This document shows positions 8,490-17,184 of a stretch of DNA of 64,000 nt, in pieces. Made by a program: the position numbers and the translations under genes. Every line of letters starts with the position of its first letter. Within the stretch, counting starts at the first letter, position 1. The notes beneath the pieces are model-generated. The model saw only the letters and a program-made list of their open reading frames with translations. It had not been told where the DNA came from and did not search any database. Source of the stretch: an uncultured Alphaproteobacteria bacterium (GTDB lineage: Bacteria; Pseudomonadota; Alphaproteobacteria; Rs-D84); contig CAMORN010000001.1 of the NCBI GenBank assembly GCA_946623825.1, forward strand, positions 258,246 to 322,245, in the 5' to 3' direction.

Positions 8490-9382
8490 TTTTTTATTTC
8501 CGTGATAATTTTAAACAAAGATATATCTGGTTTTAAATTTAATCTGCTGATGTCATAGATTGCATTTGATGCTTCTGGGTATAAATCAACCAAACCAAAA
8601 TGAGCAATCGCATCAAGCAATATGTTATACAAAGATGGTTCAGTTGCGATTTTTTCAGCAATTTTCATCATGTCGCTGGCGGTTGAATGTTTGTTTTGTA
8701 AAATATCCAATAAATCTTCGTATATTACATCACCACCAGACGATTTTAAATTTGCTATTTTGCCAAAACTGCCGTTTGCGAGTTTTAAGATATCTTCGCT
8801 GATAGGGGTGTCTGGCATAAATTTATAGCATAATTCACGCAATTGAGAAATTGTCAAAGGATGCATTTTTTCAACGCGTGCGCGTGAACGAACGGTTGGC
8901 AAAACATTTGATAATTGATGTGTCACCAATAAAAATAATGTTTGTTGTGGTGGTTCTTCTAATAATTTTAAAATTGCGTTCGATGCCGATGGGGTTAATT
9001 CATCTACTGAATCTATCAATACAACGCGCCATTGTCCCGACATAGAAGACATTTGCATTTTTTCAATCATTGCGCGCACGGTTGAAACCGAAATAGATTT
9101 TGCATCTGTTTTTGATGCACCATGCTGGTCAATATTGCGAGCTAAATCAACAATGAAAAAATCACCAACATTTCCATAAACATTTTTTGCAATTTTATAT
9201 GCCAATGTAGATTTACCAATTCCGCGTGGACCACACAACATCCATACTGGATGAATAGGGTGTTTGTCGCGATTATTCCACGCGTCCATAAATGTTTTAA
9301 GCGTTTCTTCGTGTCCAATTAAACAGTCGTTGTCCATTGGATTTGGAAATTCAAACAAAGATTCTTTCTTTTTTGCTGCCAT
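8480..9382 (-). CDS. holB: DNA polymerase III delta-prime subunit
   Basis: GPRGIGKSTLAYKIAK, LLKLLEEPP, and TVRSRARVEKMHPL (SRC-type motif). Confidence 0.82.
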   Translation of the reverse strand: MAAKKKESLFEFPNPMDNDCLIGHEETLKTFMDAWNNRDKHPIHPVWMLCGPRGIGKSTLAYKIAKNVYGNVGDFFIVDLARNIDQHGASKTDAKSISVSTVRAMIEKMQMSSMSGQWRVVLIDSVDELTPSASNAILKLLEEPPQQTLFLLVTHQLSNVLPTVRSRARVEKMHPLTISQLRELCYKFMPDTPISEDILKLANGSFGKIANLKSSGGDVIYEDLLDILQNKHSTASDMMKIAEKIATEPSLYNILLDAIAHFGLVDLYPEASNAIYDISRLNLKPDISLFKIITEIKKCL

Positions 9383-10561
9383 TTATTTTCCCCATATCAT
9401 AACAGATATATTCTTAAATACGCGTCCAAACAATTGAATTTTTCTGATGCGTTCTTTCGCCACCATCGGAATTTTTTTGATGGTGTTTCCGTCTTGTTCA
9501 ATTATAACTTCGCCGATTTGTTGACCAACCTTGATAGGTGCTTGAATTGGTTGATTAAACCGCGCTAATACACGAACATTTTTTAAAGAAGCATCTTTTT
9601 GTGTGGTTATCGCAACATTTTCATTCACAGTTGCAATAACTGTTGGACGAATTCCGTACCATACTGGTATTTCAGCTAATTTATCGCCCGGTTTAAAAAA
9701 TATTTTAGTTTTAGTATTTTTATAACCATAATTTAACATTTTCTTCATTTCTTCGGCTAATGCGTCATGGCCAGCACCTTTGAAACCGTTTATAACACCA
9801 ATTAAACGACGATTTCCGATTTTGCTGCTGGCTACAACACCATAACCGCCGTCGGATGTGTGCCCTGTTTTTAAACCGTCAGCCCCAGACATAGAAAACA
9901 ACAATTTATTATAATTCATTGTGTGTGTGCGAACCCAATCATTACACCAATCTGTTTGTGTGTCTGTGAATTCAAAACGTTTTGTTGAAAACCAAGGATA
10001 AAATTCAGGATATTCATGAATAATATATTTCGCCAACATCGCGAGTTCACGAGAAGTCATCAAATTTTTTTCATTTGGCAAACCACTCGCGTTTCCAAAT
10101 GTTGATTGTTCCAAGCCAATTTCGCGTGCCTTATTAGTCATTTTTTCGGTAAAATTTTGTTCGCTGCCAGAAATGTTTTCTGCGATTGCGACAGTCGCAT
10201 CACCGGCAGATAAAACAATGGTGCCTAATATTGCGTCCATAACGCTTATTTTTTGCCCCGGAACCAGACATAATTTGCTGGCAGAATACCATAATGGATT
10301 TTTATAGTTTGCGTTTTCAGAAACGGAAATTTTATCAGTTGTTTTAATATGTCCAGATTTTATTTCATCAAACAAAACCGTCAAAGTCATCAATTTTAAC
10401 ATAGAAGAAGGTGGCATTAAAACATCTGCGTTTTTAGAGAAAATTTCAGCGCCACTTTCATAATCTATCAGCAACGCAGATTTAGCGTTTGTAGAAAATG
10501 TTGCACCATTGGCAATGCCAGTGAACATAAAACATAATAAAACAAGGAACATTTTTTTCAT
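9383..10561 (-). CDS. D-alanyl-D-alanine carboxypeptidase (S11, PBP5/6 type)
   Basis: Signal peptide, PPSSMLKLMT (SxxK), a KTGHT box and a C-terminal PBP5_C-like region. Confidence 0.85.
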   Translation of the reverse strand: MKKMFLVLLCFMFTGIANGATFSTNAKSALLIDYESGAEIFSKNADVLMPPSSMLKLMTLTVLFDEIKSGHIKTTDKISVSENANYKNPLWYSASKLCLVPGQKISVMDAILGTIVLSAGDATVAIAENISGSEQNFTEKMTNKAREIGLEQSTFGNASGLPNEKNLMTSRELAMLAKYIIHEYPEFYPWFSTKRFEFTDTQTDWCNDWVRTHTMNYNKLLFSMSGADGLKTGHTSDGGYGVVASSKIGNRRLIGVINGFKGAGHDALAEEMKKMLNYGYKNTKTKIFFKPGDKLAEIPVWYGIRPTVIATVNENVAITTQKDASLKNVRVLARFNQPIQAPIKVGQQIGEVIIEQDGNTIKKIPMVAKERIRKIQLFGRVFKNISVMIWGK

Positions 10562-10661
10562 AGCAATAAGATAATAGCAATTATAAACGCTATTTCCAAT
10601 GTTTTTTTAATAAAAAATACGCAGATATTCAATCTGCGTATTACATTAAAAAACCAAGCTT

Positions 10662-11291
10662 TTATTGGTATTGTTTTTCTTGTGTTGATTGCAACATAAC
10701 CGCTTTATATTTTTTATAATTTTTGACATAATCTGCAACATTGAACATAAAACCTGTATCAAGCATAGCGTGTTCTTGCAAAATATTCAAAATTTCTTGT
10801 CCTATACTTTTAGCTTTTATTTCTAATGATTCTTGGGACATAGAATTGTTTTTTGCTGAATCGTATTGTCTGGCTAACATTATGATTTTTTCAATTTCTT
10901 GTTTGTTCAAAGAATTGCATACAAAATCACAAAATTCTTTTAATGCATTTTCGTCTTTCTTTAAAATTTTTAGACCCGACAATTCAGGATAATTTTTTAT
11001 TGCCCAATCTGCGTATGTATCTGCAATTTTTTTCATATGATTGCGTGTTTCTTTTGGTACGGATACCAAAGAAAAATAAACCATATACAAACACAATATA
11101 ACCAATAAAGCACTTAAAGAATAATTTTTAACTGTCTGACGAACAATAGATTCTGTTGTAGATCTGTGTTTGGTTTTATTGTTTGCGTTTGCGACAGCAA
11201 AAACGGATGTCGCCAAAATAATCAAACCAAACAAGCCTGTACCAACATAGTAAGGACGCATATATCTTGAAAAAACTTTGTTTTTAGCCAT
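10662..11291 (-). CDS. hypothetical membrane protein
   Basis: 209-aa ORF with two hydrophobic segments near the N-terminus. No motif recognised. Confidence 0.45.
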   Translation of the reverse strand: MAKNKVFSRYMRPYYVGTGLFGLIILATSVFAVANANNKTKHRSTTESIVRQTVKNYSLSALLVILCLYMVYFSLVSVPKETRNHMKKIADTYADWAIKNYPELSGLKILKKDENALKEFCDFVCNSLNKQEIEKIIMLARQYDSAKNNSMSQESLEIKAKSIGQEILNILQEHAMLDTGFMFNVADYVKNYKKYKAVMLQSTQEKQYQ

Positions 11292-11415
11292 TGTAAAAAC
11301 CTTTGTTTGTTGTTCTTATAAAAATTATAGCTTGAAAATATATGTTGTCAATATTTTTTCTTGACAATATTTGTGTTTGTATTATTTTTATATTGCATAA
11401 CAAAAGGGTGTAATT

Positions 11416-12138
11416 TTGAAAAATAACATAAAAAATAGAATTAAAACATTACCTATTAAAGGCATGATTGCTGCAATGTCTTTATTGCCAATTGCAAAAT
11501 CATCTGCAAAAACAAATTACCAATTAAAACCAGATAATAAATATACTTTGGTTGTAAAAGGGGGACCTACATTTGTATTGCCATCATATATCATAAACAG
11601 CAATATCAAAGGTAACGATATGTCTGGATTTAATGGTGGTGGTTTTATTGAAGTTGGTGCAGCCAGATGGTTGGGTGAACAAGGTTATACCGGAAAAGCA
11701 GAGTTTTTAGTGGATTTCACAGGTCGTATAGATATTATGCATATGAATTCAAAAGCATCTGCTGTTTATGATGCAAGAAATGTTCATAATGATCAAAATT
11801 ATTCAGCGGCAGATGTAAACCCAAGAAATGTAAATGATTTGATTGCATCATTAAATGTGGCTACTGGATTTGGTGGACATGGTGTTAGTATCGGTGCAAA
11901 TGCTGGACTTGGGTGGCATTTTGATAATGGTGGAAATTTTGGACCTGTTTGTATTTTTGGCACAGGGCTTGGTGTCAGATTAAATGATCATATGCAATTA
12001 AAAGCAAATTATCGTTTTTATTTCTTTCCTTTTGAAAATCTTGGGTCTAATACATTTAAACCAACAACAGTAAGATTGCGTAATCTGGTTGAATTAGGTT
12101 TTGTGTATAAAATTCAAGGTGTACAAAAAAGCAGATAA
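11416..12138 (+). CDS. probable outer-membrane beta-barrel protein
   Basis: Basic N-terminus plus signal-like segment, alternating Gly/aromatic-rich strands, and a C-terminal ...LVELGFVYKI. The start codon is TTG, 8 nt after AAGGG. Confidence 0.5.
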   Translation: MKNNIKNRIKTLPIKGMIAAMSLLPIAKSSAKTNYQLKPDNKYTLVVKGGPTFVLPSYIINSNIKGNDMSGFNGGGFIEVGAARWLGEQGYTGKAEFLVDFTGRIDIMHMNSKASAVYDARNVHNDQNYSAADVNPRNVNDLIASLNVATGFGGHGVSIGANAGLGWHFDNGGNFGPVCIFGTGLGVRLNDHMQLKANYRFYFFPFENLGSNTFKPTTVRLRNLVELGFVYKIQGVQKSR

Positions 12139-12158
12139 TTGCAAAGATTTATGTTGTG

Positions 12159-12189
12159 AAACCCGAACGAAAGTTCGGGTTTTTGTTTT
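12159..12189 (+). terminator. intrinsic terminator after the beta-barrel gene
   Basis: GAAACCCGAACGAAAGTTCGGGTTTTTGTTTTG. Confidence 0.8.
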
Positions 12190-12216
12190 GTTAAATATGT
12201 TTTTTTATGGTATAAT
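12188..12216 (+). promoter_or_regulatory. sigma70-type promoter of the 12242 gene
   Basis: TTGTTA (12188-12193), a 17-nt spacer, then TATAAT (12211-12216). Confidence 0.55.
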
Positions 12217-12241
12217 ATTAACATCGCAGAAAGGATTTTTT

Positions 12242-13627
12242 ATGTCAGAATCAAGAGTTTCAAATAATGGTGAATTATTGCGTATGTTTATGCAATGGTT
12301 AGAGAAACGTTTTGATAAACAAAAAGATGTTGTTGAAAATCGTAGATTTAATCGTGCTGAAAATATTTATATGCATCAAGCAGAAACAAATTCAGAAAAA
12401 CTTAAATATTATGCGTCGCAATTGTTGAGTGGCGGACGTATGGGTACAATAAAATTAATAGAATACATAACAGAACTGACAAATATAGGCTTGGTAGATA
12501 GTGCACTTTTGCGTAAATTAGAAGAAGTTTATAAAAACGCAAATAATGATGAAAAGAAAATTGTTCAATGGATGAAAAAGCATCCTGCCACTTGGGCTTA
12601 TTTGTCATATTATCTGACAATTGCTTTGATTGGAACGATAACTTGGGGTGGTGTGAAAATCAATAATTATGTGAAAGGGAAAGAAAAAGAAAAAAAAGAA
12701 ATAGTTGTAAATCCAGAATCAGAAAAATACGAATCCGAAGAAATCGTAAGAAAAAATGTAGAATTGTTCGAAAAAACACGCAGTAAGATGAAGTTTTCTT
12801 TGGCTTTTGGTGAAAATTATTATCCATATGTTTATTTTTGTGGAAAAGCATGGACCACAGGACACGGCCTTACGGTTTTATATGGTGCAGATGGCACAGC
12901 GAAAAAAGTTACTAAAAATACAAAACCTGTGACATTGGAAGAATCAGATGTTTATAAGGGACGCTATTTAACACGAGAAGTTTTGCCAGATGTAAAAAAT
13001 TTAGTAAAAGTACCACTTGATGAAAAAACATTATTGGCTGTGTGTGTGTTAAGATATTGTATCGGACATAAAAATTTTGCAGAATCAAATTTTCTAAAAC
13101 AATTGAATAGCGGAAAAAAAGGTGCTGAATTAGCAAAAACTCTGACTGGGTGGCGCCAGCAATCGGGCGTACTGCAAAGATGTTATTTTTTTGCCGCGCT
13201 TATGTGTGATAAAATAACATTTGATGATTTATTAGATTTGCGTGCAGAAGGATGTTATAACCTGAAATTGACAGATATAGTTGTTTGTTCTGATGGAACC
13301 CCAAAGACAGATGAAAAAAATTTTTACGAATGGGATTTTACCAAGATTCAAAAAAATCTTGAAACAGCAAAACAGTCTCGTTCAGTTAAACTGGTAATTC
13401 CACCGGCAGCAAAAGGGAGAAAAAATCGAACAGTTGTGGTTAATTGTAAATTGGTCAAACAGATTGTCCCAGATTATATATGGGAAGAAGTATCTGGTAA
13501 AAAGAAAACAGAACAAGGAATAATTGATAAAAAAACTGCTTTTGCAAATGGTGAGATATTGATACAAAATAAAACATTTGATATGACACCGTTGTTCGTT
13601 TCATCTGACAAAGAATATGATGTATAA
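12242..13627 (+). CDS. membrane-anchored protein with GH24 (phage-lysozyme-like) domain
   Basis: The start was trimmed to ATG 12242 (AGAAAGGA RBS) because the track start 12101 lies upstream of a terminator. The central TM is WAYLSYYLTIALIGTITWGGV. FGENYYPYVYFCGKAWTTGHGLT ... VPLDEKTLLAVCVLRYCIGHKNFAESNFLKQLN aligns with the E-x8-D/T-G-x-G and VPLNQNQYDAL...FNIG blocks of P22/lambda-type lysozymes. Confidence 0.6.
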   Translation: MSESRVSNNGELLRMFMQWLEKRFDKQKDVVENRRFNRAENIYMHQAETNSEKLKYYASQLLSGGRMGTIKLIEYITELTNIGLVDSALLRKLEEVYKNANNDEKKIVQWMKKHPATWAYLSYYLTIALIGTITWGGVKINNYVKGKEKEKKEIVVNPESEKYESEEIVRKNVELFEKTRSKMKFSLAFGENYYPYVYFCGKAWTTGHGLTVLYGADGTAKKVTKNTKPVTLEESDVYKGRYLTREVLPDVKNLVKVPLDEKTLLAVCVLRYCIGHKNFAESNFLKQLNSGKKGAELAKTLTGWRQQSGVLQRCYFFAALMCDKITFDDLLDLRAEGCYNLKLTDIVVCSDGTPKTDEKNFYEWDFTKIQKNLETAKQSRSVKLVIPPAAKGRKNRTVVVNCKLVKQIVPDYIWEEVSGKKKTEQGIIDKKTAFANGEILIQNKTFDMTPLFVSSDKEYDV

Positions 13628-13657
13628 AAAACACCCACACTTGTGGGTGCTCTTTTA
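13627..13657. terminator. bidirectional terminator between convergent genes
   Basis: AAAAAACACCCACACTTGTGGGTGCTCTTTT. Confidence 0.7.
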
Positions 13658-15058
13658 TCTTTCGTTATCCATAACATTTTGTACAGAAACAGAGTTATAC
13701 ATTTGACGAATATTATTCATAAATGATTGGTACCAATCGTGTTCTGGTAATTTTTTACGCCATGTTTCATATGTAGAAGATAAAATTGTTGCATTTTTCT
13801 TTAATGTTTCTGCAAGATATGGATCGTAATCAGCGATTTGTTTAATAGATTCAAAATATGCCAATTCTTTTTTATATTCTTGAATTCTTTGTTTGATTTC
13901 TGCTTTTTGTTTTTGTTTTACTTCTTCTGGAATTGGGTATGTATCAACATATTTTAAGTCTTCGGTTTTTTGTCTTATGCCTGATTCTATCCAAAATTTA
14001 CTGCTTTTTATAGATGACATAAAAAACTTTTCATATAATTTCATAAAATCGAGAGGCTTGTTTTCAATCAGATTTTTTATTATTTCACACATCACAGGAT
14101 TATATTTAATATGTTTAGCCATAAAAACAATTAATTCTTCGCAATCAGGCGCTTTCAATATGCCATATTTATCAAAACCGCCATCAAAACAAGTTTTTGC
14201 ATAACCCCAGAAATTTTCCATTTCTGCATACAGAGAACCGGAATGTCCTTTGTTTGATGCGGTTGCATGCAACCCCATATTGACAGCGGTTTCTGCAATT
14301 GCGGTGTTTGCAGATGAACCGTCTGATAATTTATCTGATTCACGAAATCCCATTTTTTCCATGCTCATACGGACAACAGCATCACGCAGAAAATGTGATA
14401 ATATATCAAAACGGCTTTCTTCGAACAGACCGCGCAAAAATGCCTTTTTGTCTTTGGCAGATTCGTACATTTTTTTAACGCGTTCGTCGCCGTAAAATTC
14501 GTGTTCTATTTCATAATCTTTTAAATCGCCATTTTTGTATTTATTATATGTTTCCAGTTCTTCTGGATTTAACATTGATAAAATAGTCTGAATTTCTTCT
14601 TCTGTAAAATTGTCGCGTTTATATGTTGCGCCATGTTCGTTTATTGAATATAAAACATCATTTGATGGTTGAATAACAAATGTCTTGTCTGATAAAACCA
14701 AACCTGTATTTGGATTGACAGACCAATATGTATCAACCCCAGAAACCTGGGCAGGATTTCCGTTTGCTTTCACTATGTCTGTATATGGTGTTAAAATAAC
14801 GATAGGGCTGTCGTCCCAATTTCCCATCATATGACCGCGTACAACATGATTAAATGTTGTATGAACCGTGTTTCGTGGCACTTCAAAATTCGTAGCCATT
14901 GCAGTTGATGGAATATACATTGTGCCATCTTTATTGCGACTCGGTAAATATTTTGTTGCATGAACAACACACCAGTTTTCAGACTTTGCCATATAGTTTT
15001 CGCCAGCATAATCAATTATGGCCGCATAGGCTTTTTTAAACGCTTCTGCCTTTGACAT
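13655..15058 (-). CDS. hypothetical protein (467 aa)
   Basis: Long ORF with an ATG start and typical coding composition. No domain recognised. Confidence 0.6.
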   Translation of the reverse strand: MSKAEAFKKAYAAIIDYAGENYMAKSENWCVVHATKYLPSRNKDGTMYIPSTAMATNFEVPRNTVHTTFNHVVRGHMMGNWDDSPIVILTPYTDIVKANGNPAQVSGVDTYWSVNPNTGLVLSDKTFVIQPSNDVLYSINEHGATYKRDNFTEEEIQTILSMLNPEELETYNKYKNGDLKDYEIEHEFYGDERVKKMYESAKDKKAFLRGLFEESRFDILSHFLRDAVVRMSMEKMGFRESDKLSDGSSANTAIAETAVNMGLHATASNKGHSGSLYAEMENFWGYAKTCFDGGFDKYGILKAPDCEELIVFMAKHIKYNPVMCEIIKNLIENKPLDFMKLYEKFFMSSIKSSKFWIESGIRQKTEDLKYVDTYPIPEEVKQKQKAEIKQRIQEYKKELAYFESIKQIADYDPYLAETLKKNATILSSTYETWRKKLPEHDWYQSFMNNIRQMYNSVSVQNVMDNER

Positions 15059-15147
15059 AATAAAATCTCCTCGTCGGTGTTATTTTATCATAATTTGGTA
15101 AAAAATACTAACAATAATTAATATTTGTTCAGGCAAGATAAAAAAAT

Positions 15148-15375
15148 AAAACACCGCACGGGGCGGTGTTTTCTTATTGTGGCGGAGACGAAGTATTCCC
15201 TTGGCATAAAATGCCTGCGGGGCAACCGTAACGATTACACGGCACATGGTTTGTGTAATCTACTTGTTGTCGAACCTAGCAACTGCGTTGCGAATGGTTC
15301 AAATCTGCCTTGCGTTTGTCGACAATAAAAAAACACCGCACGGGGCGGTGTTTTCTTATTGTGGCGGAGACGAAG
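15148..15375 (-). repeat. 46-nt direct repeats (tRNA-Ser 3' end plus its terminator; 15148-15193 and 15330-15375) flanking a 136-bp non-coding insert
   Basis: AAAACACCGCACGGGGCGGTGTTTTCTTATTGTGGCGGAGACGAAG occurs twice, 182 nt apart. The interior (15194-15276) shares 55/62 identical positions with the tRNA-Arg insert over its core. Confidence 0.9.
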
Positions 15376-15452
15376 GGATTCGAACCCTTGATACCCTTGC
15401 GAGTATACCACATTTCCAATGTGGCGCACTAGACCAACTATGCGACGTCTCC
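15362..15452 (-). tRNA. tRNA-Ser (anticodon GGA), type II with long variable arm
   Basis: The reverse strand has GGAGACG...CCACA-TTGGAAA-TGTGG-(18-nt variable arm)-AAGGG-TTCGAAT-CCCTT-CGTCTCC-G-CCA, 91 nt in total. Confidence 0.9.
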
Positions 15453-15464
15453 GAATATCAGGAA

Positions 15465-15851
15465 TTATTCTTCGTTTTCAGATTCATCTGGGGTGTCGTC
15501 TTCTTCGACAACATCTTCCGCAGGTGCGTCTTCTTCTACTAAAGTATTATCCAAGATAGCGTCATAATCACGCAATTTTGGATCTTCTGATGTGATTTCC
15601 AATGCTGTTTCAGATTCAGACACAGCAGGTGTATCTTTATAAGATTCGATAAATTCATGACGAACTTCTTCTACATCTAATTTGCCACTTGCGATTTCGC
15701 GTAATGCAACAACTGTTAATTTGTCATCTTTCTTTTCGACGACAGCTGGGGCGCCACCATTTAAATCGCGAACGCGTTGAGATGCCAACATACCCAGTTC
15801 ATAACGGCTGTCTACATAAGGTAAAGTGTCTGAATTTGTTACACGTGCCAT
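15465..15851 (-). CDS. rpoZ: DNA-directed RNA polymerase omega subunit with acidic C-terminal tail
   Basis: MARVTNSDTLPYVDSRYELGMLASQRVRDLNGGA... The start was set at ATG 15851 (AAAGGA RBS). The C-terminus is strongly acidic. Confidence 0.88.
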   Translation of the reverse strand: MARVTNSDTLPYVDSRYELGMLASQRVRDLNGGAPAVVEKKDDKLTVVALREIASGKLDVEEVRHEFIESYKDTPAVSESETALEITSEDPKLRDYDAILDNTLVEEDAPAEDVVEEDDTPDESENEE

Positions 15852-15933
15852 ATTAAAATCCTTTGTTGAAATCATTTTTATCCACGATATAATGCATTAT
15901 ATAGTCTCAAAAATCAAGAAGAAAATATAAAAA

Positions 15934-17160
15934 ATGAGTATAAAAACTATATCTTTTGGGTGTCGTCTTAACGCATTGGAATCAGAAAAAATTTCCAAAA
16001 TGTTATCTAGCGTTATGGACACTGCGATTGTGGCTAATACTTGTTCTGTCACAGCAGAAGCTGAACGCCAATGTGCACAGGCTGTTCGCAGGTTTTCTCG
16101 TGAAAACCCAAATGTAGTTATTTTTGTTACGGGGTGTGGGTCAACACGCAATGAAAAATTGTTTGCTTCTGTTCCGCGTGTTATTGTGATTCCGAACAAA
16201 GACAAAACAAATTTATCAGCCTATGTTTCAGCATTAAAACAGGCAAATTTTAATATTTCTTGTCCAAAGATAGATGTTTTTAAATCAAACGAGTCAAAAT
16301 TATCAAAACAATTTGTTCAGATACAAAATGGTTGTAATCACGATTGTACATATTGTGTAACCCGTCTTTTAAGGGGAAAAAATGTATCTTTTCCATATTC
16401 TGAGATATTGGCAGATGTGAAAGAGGCAATAAAAAACGGTTTTTATGAAATTGTTTTAACTGGTGTTGATACTGCGTCTTATGTCAGACAGGAAAACGGA
16501 AAACCGTTTTTATTATCAAATGTTTGTGAAAATTTATTGAAAGATGTTCCAGAAATAAAACATTTGCGTTTGTCTTCTATTGATCCTGCATCACCGGAAG
16601 TTCCTAAAATCATAGAAATAATGAAATCAGACAACCGTTTTATGCCACATTTACATTTATCTATGCAATCTGGTTCTGATACGATATTAAAATCTATGCG
16701 TCGCCGTCATAATGCAGATTCTTTGCGAAAATTAATTAAATTGGCAGACAATAAAATTTCTTTCAGTGCTGATATAATATGTGGTTTTCCGGGTGAAACA
16801 GACGAATTGTTTCATGAAACTGCAGATTTAGTTCGTGAAATCGGACTTGTTCATGTCCATGCGTTTCCGTATTCCCCGCGTCCAAACACGGTTGCAGCCA
16901 CTATGCCAAATCAAGTGGACAGAAATATATCAAAACAACGTGTTAAAATCATAGATAATATAGCAAAGGAAAACTTGAAATTATTTATGGAAAAACAGAT
17001 TGGAAAAACAGTTTCTGTTCTGGTCGAAGAAAACAATATTGGTCGCACCCCAGATGATATAGATATAAAAATTATCGGGGATAATATTACAAATAAAACA
17101 ATATTAGATGTAAAAATTACAGGTATTGAAAACGATTGCTTCGTTGGGGAAATAAAATAA
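15934..17160 (+). CDS. mtaB: radical-SAM methylthiotransferase, MtaB-like
   Basis: N-terminal UPF0004 Cys pattern, GCNHDCTYCVTR (CxxxCxxC) and a C-terminal TRAM-like segment. Confidence 0.8.
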   Translation: MSIKTISFGCRLNALESEKISKMLSSVMDTAIVANTCSVTAEAERQCAQAVRRFSRENPNVVIFVTGCGSTRNEKLFASVPRVIVIPNKDKTNLSAYVSALKQANFNISCPKIDVFKSNESKLSKQFVQIQNGCNHDCTYCVTRLLRGKNVSFPYSEILADVKEAIKNGFYEIVLTGVDTASYVRQENGKPFLLSNVCENLLKDVPEIKHLRLSSIDPASPEVPKIIEIMKSDNRFMPHLHLSMQSGSDTILKSMRRRHNADSLRKLIKLADNKISFSADIICGFPGETDELFHETADLVREIGLVHVHAFPYSPRPNTVAATMPNQVDRNISKQRVKIIDNIAKENLKLFMEKQIGKTVSVLVEENNIGRTPDDIDIKIIGDNITNKTILDVKITGIENDCFVGEIK

Positions 17161-17184
17161 AAAATACCGGCTTTCGCCGGTGTT

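Noticed and set aside
12101-12241. N-terminal extension of the lysozyme-like gene back to 12101.
   Set aside because: The extension overlaps the end of the upstream beta-barrel gene and reads through its intrinsic terminator (12159-12189) and a TTGTTA-N17-TATAAT promoter. ATG 12242 has a good RBS.
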